Below, piece by piece: positions 18,820 through 31,873 of a DNA stretch of 64,000 bases (its first letter is position 1; each line of letters opens with the position of its first letter). The position numbers and the translations under genes were made by a program. Origin of the DNA: Heterodontus francisci (Eukaryota). Under the pieces are notes generated by a model. The model saw only the letters and a program-made list of their open reading frames with translations. It was not told where the DNA came from and did not search any database. Location: contig NC_090421.1 of the NCBI RefSeq assembly GCF_036365525.1, forward strand, positions 2,993,327 to 3,057,326. The letters are read 5' to 3'.

Positions 18820-19400
18820 TAATCATAGAATGTTCCAGCACACAAGCAGGCCACTTGGCCGTTTAAATCTATGTTTGTGTTTGTCTTCACATGCGCCACC
18901 TAATCTAATTGCATCCCCCAAAACTAAGGTTTTGTACAAGTTCAGTAACACCTCCTTGCTTTTGTATTCTATACCTCTAGATATAAAAGTAAAGATTTTG
19001 TTTGCCTTTTTATGGCTTTATCTGTTTATCTTGTAATTTTTTAGTGCTGCGTATCTGCTCCTCTTTACTATTTGAGATATACTTCCTTTCCCTATTCCTA
19101 CTTCCAAAATGTATTACTCCATCTACTACATCCTTCAAATCTCTCCAATCTTTAATAGCATTCGTCACAATTTGGAAATCCCCCAATTTAGTATCATTAG
19201 CCAATTTTGATATAGTTGCCTTCGTTCTCCACCTGGATCAATTGTGTATACAGTAAATGAGAGCAGGCCCAACACAAAGCCTTGCAGAATATCACTCATC
19301 ACATCTGAGACAGTTCCCTTTATCCCTACCATTTGCTTTCTGCCCTCTAACCATCTGTCTATCCGTGTGACTACATTCCCCTTAATTCCATGTGCCATTA
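18820..19400 (-). mobile_element. Degenerate CR1 LINE fragment
   Basis: Remnant RT peptides (AHGIKGNV..WL..RKQ.V; QGFVLGLL; ANDTKLG). Confidence 0.65.
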
Positions 19401-19581
19401 TCAAGAGCCTCCTAAAACCCTCTCAGCAAGATGCACACATACACTCTGAATTTTACCCTTTTGCCTGTTGTCCACCTCCTCCCTGTAAAGTGCTCTGAGA
19501 TGTTTCCTTTACACAGGGGCGCAATAGCAATGTACACCGTTGTAATTTGGTAACAAGTGCTGCAATTGCTTGTTTCCATAG

Positions 19582-19726
19582 CGACAAAGTTTTTTTGCAC
19601 GAAAGCTGCTTCAAGTCTCCCAGACACTACGTGCCTTGTTATTGGGGCAGGACCGTTTCAGGCGTCGCTACTGGGTTTTTCCACACCTATGCGGGGTGTT
19701 TGTGGAAGGCTCGGAGGGATCACTAG
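19582..19726 (+). CDS. BAZ2A: BAZ2A coding exon (WHIM2/WSD motif)
   Basis: ttccatag|...|gtaaga. Encodes RQSFFARKLLQVSQTLRALLLGQDRFRRRYWVFPHLCGVFVEGSEGSL. Confidence 0.93.
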
Positions 19727-20364
19727 GTAAGACTTACAATGCCAACTGTTCTGTCGTAAATAGTCAAATAAATGCAATCCCATAGAGCCTACTGTTTCTA
19801 TTTTAGGGAATTTCTTACCTTGATGCTGTTAGATGCTTTTCTGTAATTTTCCCAGCAAAATCCATAATCTAATCAGCCCTACTTTTCCCCCAATTTTCTC
19901 TTCTTTCCTCCTCCCTCCCACTGAACCCCTTGACCAAAGGCACAGACTCCTGCTGAGGTACAGTTCCACATGTCCCAGCAGGGCTTCAGTACCTTAACCC
20001 ACTGCCCATTTGCCATATGTGTGTCTCGACACAGAGTGCTGGCAGAATATCAACTGTTGGAGGGATCAGAGTGGGCCTGAACCTGACCTCACCCAATCTC
20101 CAGACACACACATTTTCCAAGAACTCTGCCCAAAGAAATGTGCTGTGGCATGGGTCACTGCTTTTAGGAGAAGAGGGAAGATTATTGAGAGGGACAGAAA
20201 GAAACGGCAGCTTGGGAGGAGGGGAAATTTGGGGTTTTGAAACTCTGCACTTATTGGGCATATTCAATTGAGTAGAAATTATTCACCTTCCAGCATTCTG
20301 ATCTGTACAATGTATTTTTAATGAGGAAATGTCATAATTCATGCTTGATATCCCTCTCCACCAG

Positions 20365-20999
20365 GTACTGAAGAGTTGGAAGCCGAAAGGAATCAACACA
20401 ACCTCATTGAGATTGCCCCAGTTAAAGTGGAGTCGAGGGATGTACCAGATGAGAAACCAAACACTCTGGGTAGGCCAGCAGATAACCGGCGGAGAAAGTG
20501 TGAGACAGAACTGGTCAACCCAGAGAACCCAAAGCGGCACCGAGCTGCTGCAAACGCCAAGCATTACAGTGACACTGTAGAAGACACACATTCCACCAAT
20601 CAGACTCTTCATAATGTTAACCAATCAGGTGTTTTTTTAGCCTGGCTGAGCATCCTACAGAACTCGGTGTCAAACCTCTCTCTTCCTACACCTCAGTGCA
20701 GCACCAGCAAAGACAGCCCGAGTGCCATCTCCCCAGAGGTGCTACTGGCTAGCAATCGGAAGCTATTTGATCTCAGTGTCCCAAACTCGGAGCAAAAGGT
20801 CAAAGAATGTGCCGAGAAACACGGACAGTGGTTCAGCCTTCTACCCAGAATGCCCTGTGATTCCTCTTCTATTACCCACCTTCCATTTTCTTCACAACAA
20901 ACATTGCTGAATCAATCCCAGAGACTGGATTCAGATCCAAGTCAACTGAACCACAGTGCAGTAAAGCCGCCTGCCTCTGCTGCTTTTACAAAGTCACAG
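20365..20999 (+). CDS. BAZ2A: BAZ2A large coding exon
   Basis: ccaccag|...cag|gtatgt. Open for 635 nt; contains NQSGVFLAWLS and GQWFSLLPRMPCD (BAZ2-family motifs). Phase 1 in, phase 0 out. Confidence 0.88.
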
Positions 21000-22430
21000 G
21001 TATGTGATTTGTATTTTTGGGTGCAGGAGACGAGAGGGAAGAGGAAGGATGTGAATCTAAATTGGGAATTTTAAATTATGAACGTCATCATGTTGACTAC
21101 TTCAGGGGGGACCTTTGATCTTTGAGCCTTGGATTAAAAGCCCCACAGGCTGATAGCTACCAGAATGCTAGATGAAGTGAATTTGAGCTGTCTCAATCCA
21201 GTTCCTAGTGGGCTTTACAGAATTACCCAGCAGAAATATCACAGTGACCAATATCTCACTCAGAAAAGCCAGAATGATGGCTGGTGCAGGGAATGAAAAA
21301 TACCCATGGCTCGGCTGTGGGTGTTTCTTTGGGCGTGGTATATTGTTGGGACAGAGTGCAGGGAACGTTTCTGTGTACATGACTGACATACAAATCTGAC
21401 CTGGACATGTTGGTGTTCACTGGCACTGGGGACAAAAAGTGGGAACATTTTCATTGCCCAGACACCTTTTACCTGATTTAGAGCAAAAAAAAACGAGCAG
21501 TGTAGGAGGGGAGAATGCTCAGCCATGCTTCCAGCTCCTGGCTGCTATCTAGCAACCCCTGCTGGAAAGAGGGTGTGATGTTGGGTGATCATAAAATCAT
21601 AGAATGATGCAGCCATTCAGCCCATCGTGCCTGTGCTGGCTTTTTAGGTGGTGAGCGGACTTGGTGGCCCTGAGGCTGTCAATCCTCGAGTTGTCTGCCG
21701 ACACCTCACTGTGCAAAGTCACAAATGAAGCATTGCCACCTGAGCAAGGTACAGGAGGGAACCTACCAACCACGGAACAAGAACCCAACAAAGAGTTAAT
21801 GCCTCCAGCAGAGGAAGGAAGGGGAGAAGGTTGACTGGAAAAGGTGCAGGGTGGTGGGGGAAGTAAAAGACTGATTTGGAAGGCATATTAAGTAGTTTGT
21901 ACACATTAGAAGCAGGGAGTGCTCTCGTGAAAATGGGGTTGGCATATTGTTGGTGTACCATAGAGGGAGCTGTACTCTACATCAAAGCATGATACACCTG
22001 ACCTGGGAGTGCTTCGTGCTGACTCTGGGACAAAGGAATTGGAATATGTTTCATTCCCTGGCAGTGACATCCTTCCCTTGATTGATGCTTTGCTTTTTTA
22101 TCTGACAGTGTTTTCTCCTGATCTCCTGAAAGCTGACTCCCTGTGGGAAAGTGGTTCCAAAAGCAGTGGCTGCTTTCCAATATTTCACCCAAGTGTCCAT
22201 TCCTCAGGCGTCAGCCTGGGCAGTGTGTGTCAGCAAGCTATTACATACACCGTGGACAGCATCACAGTTGTGACTGATCCTGTCCTTCCCCCATTGGCCA
22301 CTCACAGCCACACCCACTTTTTACAAAGGCTATGGGCTACACTGGAAAGATCCCATTTACTGCCCAATGAATGCCACCTTCTTGAGCCACGGCAGACCTT
22401 TCCAGCAGGGGTCACTGCATAGCAATCAGG

Positions 22431-25413
22431 AATTAGAATTAGAATTAGAACATTACAGCGCAGTACAGGCCCTTCGGCCCTCGATGTTGCGCCGACCTGT
22501 GAAACCATCTGACCTACACTATTCCATTTTCATCCATATGTCTATCCAATGACCACTTAAATGCCCTTAAAGTTGGCGAGTCTACTACTGCTGCAGGTAG
22601 GGCGTTCCACGCCCCTACTACTCTCTGAGTAAAGAAACTACCTCTAACATCTGTCCTATATCTATCACCCCTCAACTTAAAGCTATGTCCCCTCGTGTTT
22701 GCCATCACCATCCGAGGAAAAAGACTCTCACTATCCACCCTATCTAACCCTCTGATTATCTTATATGTCTCTATTAAGTCACCTCTCCTCCTCCTTCTCT
22801 CCAACGAAAACAACCTCAAGTCCCTCAGCCTTTCCTCGTAAGACCTTCCCTCCATACCAGGCAACATCCTAGTAAATCTCCTCTGCACCCTTTCCATAGC
22901 TTCCACATCCTTCCTATAATGCGGTGACCAGAACTGCACGCAATACTCCAGGTGCGGTCTCACCAGAGTTTTGTAGAGCTGCAGCATGACCTCGTGGCTC
23001 CGAAACTCGATCCCCCTACTAATAAAAGCTAACACACCATATGCCTTCTTAACAGCCCTATTAACCTGGGTAGCAACCTTCAGGGATTTATGCACCTGGA
23101 CACCAAGATCTCTCTGTTCATCTACACTACCAAGAATCTTCCCATTAGCCCAGTACTCTGCATTCCTGTTACTCCTTCCAAAGTGAATCACCTCGCACTT
23201 ATCCGCATTAAACTCCATTTGCCATCTCTCAGCCCAGCTCTGCAGCCTATCTATGTCTCTCTGTACCCTACAACATCCTTCGGCACTATCCACAACTCCA
23301 CCGACCTTAGTGTCATCCGCAAATTTACTAACCCACCCTTCTACACCCTCTTCCAGGTCATTTATAAAAATGACAAACAGCAGTGGCCCCAAAACAGATC
23401 CTTGCGGTACACCACTAGTAACTAAACTCCAGGATGAACATTTGCCATCAACCACCACCCTCTGTCTTCTTTCAGCTAGCCAATTTCTGATCCAAAGCTC
23501 TAAATCACCTTCAACCCCATACTTCCGTATTTTCTGCAATAGCCTACCATGGGGAACCTTATCAAACGCCTTACTGAAATCCATGTACACCACATCCACT
23601 GCTTTACCCTCATCCACCTGTTTGGTCACCTTCTCGAAAAACTCAATAAGGTTTGTGAGTCACGACCTACCCGTCACAAAACCGTGCTGACTATCGCTAA
23701 TGAACTTATTCTTTTCAAGATGATTATAAATCCTGTCTCATAACCTTTTCCAACATTTTACCCACAACCGAAGTAAGGCTCACAGGTCTATAATTACCAG
23801 GGCTGTCTCTACTCCCCTTCTTGAACAAGGGGACAACATTTGCTATCCTCCAGTCTTCCGGCACTATTCCTGTCGACAATGACGACATAAAGATCAAGGA
23901 CAAAGGCTCTGCAATCTCCTCCCGAGCTTCCCAGAGAATCCTAGGATAAATCCCATCTGGCCCAGGGGACTTATCTATTTTCACACTTTCCAAAATTGAT
24001 AACACCTCCTCCTTGTGAACCTCAATCCCATCTAGCCTAGTAGTCTGAATCTCAGTATTCTCCTCGACAACATTTTCTTTCTCTACTGTAAATACTGACG
24101 CAAAATATTCATTTAACACTTCCCCTACCTCCTCTGATTCCACACACAACTTCCCACTACTATCCTTGATTGGCCCTAATCTAACTCTAGTCATTCTTTT
24201 ATTCCTGATATACCTATAGAAAGCCTTAGGGTTTTCCCTGATCCTATCCGCCAATGACTTCTCGTGTCCTCTCCTTGCTCGTCTTAGCTCTCCCTTTAGA
24301 TCCTTCCTGGCTAGCTTGTAACTCTCAAGCGCCCTAACTGAGCCTTCACGTCTCATCCTAACATAAGCCTTCTTCTTCCTCTTGACAAGCGCTTCAACTT
24401 CTTTAGTAAACCATGGCTCCCTCGCTCGACAACTTCCTCCCTGCCTCACAGGTACATACTTATCAAGGACACGCAGTAGCTGCTCCTTGAATAAGCTCCA
24501 CATTTCGATTGTTCCCATCCCCTGCAGTTTCCTTCCCCATCCTACGCATCCTAAATCTTGCCTAATCGCATCATAATTTCCTTTCCCCCAGCTATAATTT
24601 TTGCCCTGCGGTATATACCTGTCCCTGCCCATCGCTAAGGTAAACCTAACCGAATTGTGATCACTATCACCAAAGTGCTCACCTACATCTAAATCTAACA
24701 CCTGGCCGGGTTCATTACCCAGTACCAAATCCAATGTGGCATCGCCCCTGGTTGGCCTGTCTACATACTGTGTCAGAAAACCCTCCTGCACACACTGGAC
24801 AAAAACTGACCCATCTAAAGTACTCGAACTATAGTATTTCCAGTCGATATTTGGAAAGTTAAAGTCCCCCATAACAACTACCCTGTTACTCTCGCCCCTG
24901 TCGTGAATCATCTTCGCTATCCTTTCCTCTACATCTCTGGAACTATTTGGAGGTCTATAAAAGACTCCCAACAGGGTGACCTCACCTCTCCTGTTTCTAA
25001 CCTCGGCCCATACTACCTCCGTAGACGTGTCCTCAAACGTCCTTTCTGTCGCTGTAATACTCTCCTTGATTAACAATGCCACACCCCCCCCTCTTTTACC
25101 ATCTTCTCTGTTCTTACTGAAACATCTAAATCCCGGAACCTGCAACATCCATTCCTGCCCCTGCAGGAATGAACTGGGTAATGAACCCGGCCAGGTGTTA
25201 GATTTAGATGTAGGTGAGCACTTTGGTGATAGTGATCACAATTCGGTTAGGTTTACCTTAGCGATGGGCAGTGACAGGTATATACCGCAGGGCAAAAATT
25301 ATAGCTGGGGGAAAGGAAATTATGATGCGATTAGGTAAGATTTAGGATGCGTAGGATGGGGAAGGAAACTGCAGGGGATGGGAACAATCGAAATGTGGAG
25401 CTTATTCAAGGAG
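22431..25413 (-). mobile_element. Young 5'-truncated CR1 LINE with an inverted internal duplication at its 5' end
   Basis: (ttctaa)n tail at ~22431-22450. ORF2 pieces 23724-25148 (APE: GDFN, SDH) and 22514-23629 (RT: PQGSVLGP, FADD), split by a frameshift. 25173-25413 is the reverse complement of 24483-24723. Confidence 0.92.
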
Positions 25414-25789
25414 TGGGAACCCTGGCTGTGGTCTCTCCGTTCCCCAGCCCAGAGCACTGAGGCCTCAACTACTGATCTGGCTGAAATTCAATATAGAACA
25501 GGAAGCAAACCTGGAGCCCTCTGGTTTGTGTGACTCAGTGCTACACTGCTTGATTCCTTCACTCAACACTGCCGCTTGAGGAAACCTTTTACCTTCTTGA
25601 AAATACAGTAGATGTTTCTAAAATGAAATTCAAAGTATTCTGGTGGCCCCTCGTCTGGGGCCTGTGGGGTGGTCCAGACTGCTTTTTCAGTAGAGTACAT
25701 TCAAGCAGTACATGGCTCTGCTCACCACTCTCTTCATTCTCCTCTGCTTTTCCTTATGCCATTTATGGACATTCCATTTGATGGGGCAG

Positions 25790-26006
25790 TCCGTGGGCTC
25801 ACTGGATTCCGCTGCTACTTATGAGACCTCAATCGCAGCACCTCTTGAAGCTGGCCCCTCTGTGACCAAAGGGAAGGTGAAATCTCATCAGTGTGGCGGT
25901 GCTGCTCAGAACGAATGCGTATTGCCACGGATACCTCGGCGCCGTGGGCGACCATCAAAATTGCTGAAAGAGATTAATCAGCGCCAACTGAAACCTATTC
26001 CAGCAG
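25790..26006 (+). CDS. BAZ2A: BAZ2A coding exon with AT-hook (5' boundary uncertain: 25790 or 25694)
   Basis: Ends in PRRRGRPSKLLKEINQRQLKPIPA, g|gtgaga donor. Two in-frame phase-0 acceptors are possible. Confidence 0.75.
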
Positions 26007-27049
26007 GTGAGATTTGTTGGTGATAATAATGCTCACATTAAGTCAAATGAAACTTTGTTTTACTTTATTAGGGGAGGAGCATTACATCATGACATGTAGG
26101 ATGGATTATTCTGCCATATCCTTTTAAGGCCATGAAATCACATTGCTGTTACGTGAACGCATGGGATGATTCCCAAACCGAGCGCTTGCAGTAAGGAATG
26201 GTGCTTGTGTCGAGCACTGGTCAGGAAATTGTGGACCTGTAGACCTTGTTCTCATGTCAATCTTTGAAGTTAACTGTCAAAAAGAAAATGAGTACAAAAA
26301 ACCATAAAGAGGACATTGGCCACCCTGGAAAAAGCGACACAGCCATTTTATAAGCAAATGTGTCCCTTACAGGTGACCCCAAGGGATATATAGATTACTT
26401 ATTTCCACAATTTACATATCTCCCTATTAGCCATAAATTGAATCTGTGTACGAATCCATTTGCCGTTTGAAAACTTCAATATTACCTGCTTGCCCCACAT
26501 TCCATCAACACCCTCGTGTCCTCATTCGTCAACTCAACCCACATTGTCCATCTATTTATGTGAGTGAAGAATAGTTATGCTGTAAATTAACTTCAGTGTT
26601 TAATTGGTGGCATAAACAGTAAGAACAGTTGTCGATTGCTTTGTAGAAAACTTGTGACATTAAATTACAGCCTTTTACTCACTTCCAGTCACTTGTTATC
26701 TTTGATACAAATATATTGTCGTTTCACCAAAATAACAGATAGAAAATCATGCTAAGGACTAACAGGCTATAGATTCAAACAGTAATTAACCAGAGGATTA
26801 ATACAGGAATTATGCTGCTATTAAGCTACATTCTAGGGCTAATGAGCCTATATAATAGGGTTAACCTAGCACAGCTCCATTTCCAGTGTGAGTGTCTCTA
26901 AACAGGAGTGTGAGACAGAGATAGGAGGATAACACTGTAGGGCCAATTCTGTGACCTGCACTCACATTTGTCAAGGATAAGGCTGCAGGCTGGGAGCAGA
27001 GCCTTGTAAAATGATTGTAGCTATCTATGTTAAAAGAAAGACTTGCAAT

Positions 27050-27635
27050 TCCAAAGTACCTTATGCAAGAGTATAAGAGTAAAGGAATCTTACTACCAAT
27101 ATATAGGGCCTTGATGAGACCACACCTGGAGTACTGTATACAGCTTTGGTCGCCTTACCTAAGGAAGGATATACTTAGCTTAGAGGGAGTGCAACAAAGG
27201 TTCACTAGACTGATTCCTGGAATGAAGGGATTGTCTTGTGAGGATAGATTCAGTGGACCAGGCCTATATTCCCTGGAGTTCAGAAGAATGAGAGGTGATC
27301 TTATTGAAACATATAAAATTCTTAAGGGGCTTGACAGGGTAGATGTTTCCCCTGGCTCAGGAGCCTAGAACTAGGGGTCACAGTCTCAGGACAAGGGGTC
27401 AGCCATTTAGGACTGAGATGAAGAAAAATGTCTTCACTCAAAGGGTTGTGAATCTTTGGAATTTTCTATGCCAGAGAGCTGTGGATGCTCAGTCATTGAG
27501 TATATTCAAGACTGGGATCGATAGATTTTTGGATATAAAGGGATATGGCAATAGTGCAGGAAGGTGAAAGATCAGCCATGATTGTACTGAATGACAGAAC
27601 AGGCTTGAAGGGCCTACTCCTATTTCTTATATTCT
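27050..27635 (+). mobile_element. CR1 LINE 3' fragment
   Basis: RPHLEYCIQLWSPYLRKD...RGDLIETYKIL; RTRGHSL. Confidence 0.85.
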
Positions 27636-27639
27636 TTCA

Positions 27640-28045
27640 CAACCTCAGAGCATTTCAATGCACTTAACAGCCAATGAAGTACTTTTTGAAGTGTGGTCAC
27701 TGTTGTAATGTAGGAAAAGATGGCAGCCAATTTGTGCACAGCAAGCTCCCATAATAAGCAATGTGATAAAGACCAGATAACTTGTTTTATTAGTGATGAT
27801 TGTTGAAGGATAAATATTGTCCCAGGACACTAGAGAATACTCCTCTACAAGGCAGTGCCAGAGGATCTTTTATGTTCACCTGAACAGGAAGGCAGGGCCT
27901 TGGTTTAACATCCTATTTGAAATAGGCACCCCTGACAGTGTTACACTCCCTCTGCCCTGTACTGGATTTTGTGTTCGAGAGTGGGCCTTGAATCCATAAT
28001 CTCATGAGTCAGATTTAAGAGTGCTACCCACTGAGCCACAACTAA
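27640..28045 (-). mobile_element. Deu-domain SINE (SacSINE1/AmnSINE1-like)
   Basis: Reverse-complement similarity to the copies at 31495 and 52612. Confidence 0.65.
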
Positions 28046-28430
28046 TATGCACAGCTTGTGGTATACTTTCATGCACACTTTGTAGCTAACACCCCTGTTA
28101 TATAACAGGGTAGCCTCTGACTCACTGTGAGCATTTCCACGAGTGATCAGCCAGTATACATTACATAATATATTTGAAAAATCTGTTTTTAACTTTTCAG
28201 TGTTGCTGTAAATTTGCAGATGGTAGAACAGAATTTTGTACAAGCAATTCATGATATGGAGTTATTTCTTTAACTGCTTTGCTTGAAATGTTTCACTTCA
28301 TTCTCAAAAGTAGGCAAACCTAATGCTTTATCCAAGCCAAGCCCTGCAGTCAGTCAGTACCTATTGTTAGAACTCTCTCTATTGGACAGCAGTGGTATTG
28401 CAGCTCTTTAACAGGGATCAAACTTGTTTG

Positions 28431-28596
28431 ATAAAAGCAAAATACTGCAGATGCTGGAAATCTGAAATAAAAACAAGAAATGCTGAAAACACTCAGCAGG
28501 TCTGAAGAAGGGTCATTGACCTGAAACATTAACTCTGCTTCTCTCTCCACAGATGCTGCCAGACCTGCTGAGTATTTCCAGCATTTCTTGTTTTTA
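28431..28596. mobile_element. Second inverted Penelope terminal-repeat mini-element
   Basis: A minus-strand terminus joined to a plus-strand piece beginning ctgaagaagggtcattgacctgaaac. 15-bp TSD gatcaaact(t/g)gtttg at 28416-28430 and 28597-28611. Confidence 0.8.
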
Positions 28597-28757
28597 GATC
28601 AAACTGGTTTGTATGGTTCAGCACCATACCTGCTGGTAGCTGCACTAAGCCATTTGTTATGACTTTGGTTTTTAAAGGATTATTATCTTTTTCGACTGTC
28701 ATACAGTACTTGTCTTGCAGAGGCTATGCAATGAACAATGAACCCAAATTGCATGGA

Positions 28758-30838
28758 AACATACAAACTAGGAGCAGGAGTAGGCTATTCTGCCCCTTGA
28801 GCCTGCTCCACCATTCTATAAGATCATGGCTGATCTGTTTGTGGACTCAACTCCACTTTCCTGCCTACTCCCAATACCTTTTGACTCCTTGTTTGTCAAG
28901 AATCTATCTACCTCTGCCTTAAAAACATTCAATGACCCTGCCCCCACTGCTCTCCAGGGAAGAGAGTTCCATAGACTAATGACCCTCTGAGAGAAATAAA
29001 ATCCTCCTCATCTTCGTCTTAAATGGGAGACCTCTCATTTTTAAACTGTGTCCCCTAGTTCTAATCTCTCCCACAAGGGGAAACATCCTTTCAACATCCA
29101 CCCCACTGTCAAGTCCCCTCAGGATCTTATATGTTTCAATAAGATCACCTCTCATCCTTCTAAATTCCAATGAATACAGACCCGACCTGTCCAACCTTTC
29201 CTCATAAGATGACCCTCTTATCCCAGGAATCAGTCAAGTGAACCTTCTCTGAACTGCTTCTAATGCAATTATATCCTTTCTTAAGTAAGGAGACCAAAAC
29301 TGTACACAATACTCTAGACATGGTCTCACCAATGCCCTATACAACTGCAGCATTGCATTTGCCTTCTTAATCACTTGCTGTACCTGCATACTAACCTTTT
29401 GTGTTTCGTGTACTAGGACATCCAGATCCCTCTGCATCTCTGAATTCTGCAATCTCTCTCCATTTAAATAATATATGTTGCTTTTCTATTTTTCCAGCCA
29501 AAGTGGACAAGTTCACACTTTCCCACATTATACGCTATCTGCCAATTGTTTGCCCACTCACTTAACCTATCTCTATGCCTTTGGAGACTCTTTGGCTGGA
29601 ATTTTAGGCTCCCCCCCCCACGAGATCGGGCTGGCGGGGCGGGTGCAAAATTGAGTGGGAGGCAGGGAGGGGGTGTTCCTGACCCCCTCCCGCCCCCGCT
29701 GCAATTTTACCAGGTGCAGCAGCGAGAAATGGCCTGCCCGCCCCAGGCCAATCAAGGCCCTTAAGTGACCAATTAACTGACACTTAAGGGCCTCCTCCTG
29801 CCGTCGCTGGTATTCGACCAGTGGTTGATGGGTACCTCAGGCCCCCAGAATGCTGTCAGATAAAACCTGGCAGCCTCCTTGCGGGCTGGGGGTGGCCCTC
29901 CTAATCGGGTACCCTGTACCCCCTGGAGGGCCACACTGAAGCCCTGACCGACCCCCCCCACACCCCTTGCCTCGCCGGGGCCCGGCTGATTGTCCCCGGT
30001 GAGGCTCCAAAACCTACCTTTTTTCCAGGGCCGGTGTCCTTCATGCTACTGATGCTGAGTGCAGTTCCAGCAATGGCCAACACTCCCGGTAGCACTGCTG
30101 GAACTAAGAGCTTCAGGCCTGCTGATTGGCTAGCAGCTATTGGAGGCCGGTCTTCCTGCCTCAAGGAGGTGGCAGTCCCAAGTCCAATTAAGGACCTGGG
30201 CGTGGTGCCCCAGGCCTGGTGGAGGCCCGCTCACCCCCGACTTTTTGGCCGGTGGGCGGGGCTGCCCAACGTAAAGTTCCGGCCCTTACATCCTCTTCAC
30301 AACTTACTCTGCTACCTATTGTTGTGTCATCAGCAAATTCCACAACCATACATTCTGTCCCTTTATCCAAGTCATTGATATAGATTGTAAATAGTTGAGG
30401 ATCCAGCACTGATCCCTGTGGCACTCCACTAGTTACAGCTTGCCAATCTGAAAATGACCCATTTATGCCTACCCTTTGTTTCCTGTTAGCTAACCAATCT
30501 TCTATCTATGTTAATATGTTACCCCCCTATACCATGGGCTCTTATTTTGTTTAGTAACCTTTGATGTGGCACCTTGTCAAATGCCTTCTGGAAATCCAAG
30601 TACACCACATCTACAGGTTCCCCTTTTTCCACGTTGCTTGTTACTCCCTCAAAGGACTCTAATGAATTAGTCAAACACGATTTCCCTTTCACAAAACCAT
30701 GTTGACTCTGCCTGATTGCATTGAGATTTTCTAAATGACCTGCTATAACCTCCATAGTAATAGATTCCAGCATTTTCCTAGATGTTAAGCTAACTGGCTT
30801 GTAGTTTCCTGCCTTCTGTCTCCCTCCTTTCTTGAATA
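28758..30838 (-). mobile_element. CR1 LINE, interrupted by a MITE
   Basis: RT peptides SQHGFVKGKSCLTN, LDFQKAFDKVPH, PQGSVL, FADD, RGDLIETYKIL on both sides of 29594-30285. Confidence 0.85.
29594..30285. mobile_element. GC-rich non-autonomous DNA transposon (MITE, possibly PIF/Harbinger-type)
   Basis: Imperfect TIRs ggctggaattttag / gtaaagttccggccc; T/A-rich flanks; cleanly interrupts the CR1. Confidence 0.6.
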
Positions 30839-31494
30839 ACAGTAAACTGTCTACAACAATAAGTCTTCAATTTGCTCACTAACCAAACTATCACCATATG
30901 AAACAACGCAGTTACAGGCTAAACTTCCTACAGTATTTATTTCTAATTTAAACAACACACAGAAGTATCAGAACTTCCCTTATATGTATAGCATCAAAAG
31001 CTCATTAAAGCACTGAACACTTTTCTCCAGCAGAAATAGTCTTTTGTGTTTTTAAAAGTCTTTCCAAAATTCCACCTACACTGAAAAAGGGAATTGAATA
31101 AATACTTAAAGGGGCAAATTTTGCAGGACTGTGAGGAAAGGGTAGGGGGAGTGGGACTAATTGGATAGCTCAGTAGCTCTTTCAAAGAGCCAGCACATGC
31201 ACAATGGGCCGAATGGCCTCCTCTTGTGCTGTAGCATTCTGTGATTCTATGACTGCAAGATCATCTCTTCTGCAATCCAAGGGTTATCCTTTAAGCTCAA
31301 ATTGTCTTTGATGCCAGAACTGCTTAGCCAAGAAACAATACCATTTTTACATGTAACAATTCTAAAATACAATATTGCAAAAATACACCATGGAGTGCTA
31401 TTGTGGAACTTCAGTATGGACCTTCTTGTCTTTGTTTAGCTGTGATAGCCAACAATCAAACTACTCCCCAACTCCTGATCCTACAAGGTGTCAG

Positions 31495-31873
31495 AGCCAT
31501 GGCTCAATGGGTAGCCCTCCAGGACTTGAGCACAATATCTAGGTTGACATTCCAGTGCAGTACTGAGGGAGTGCTGCACTGTCAGAGGTGCTGTCTTTTG
31601 GATGAGATGTTAAACCGAGGCCCTATCTACCCTCTCAGGTGGACCTAAAAGATCCCATGGCACTATTTCAGAGGAGTTCTCCCCAGTGTCCTGGCCAATA
31701 TTTATCCCTCAATGAACATCACAAAAAAATAGATTATCTGGTCATTATCACAATGCTGTTTGTGGGAACTTGCTGTGTGAAAATTGGCTACACTTCAAAA
31801 GTACTTGATTAGCTGTAAAGTGCTTTGGGGCATCCTGAGTTCATGAAAGGCCCTATATAAATGCAAGTCTTTC
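31495..31873 (+). mobile_element. Deu-domain SINE (SacSINE1/AmnSINE1-like)
   Basis: Head tggctcaatgggtag; core gcagtactgagggagtgctgcactgtcagaggtgctgtctttt ggatgagatgttaaaccgaggcc; L2-like tail ctatataaatgcaagtc. Confidence 0.75.

Noticed and set aside
21648-21748. Possible extra BAZ2A exon (ttttag|gtgg...aag|gtacag)
   Set aside because: The acceptor derives from a CR1 tail remnant, there is no BAZ2 similarity, the phase-0 reading hits a stop, and the flanking exons already join in phase.
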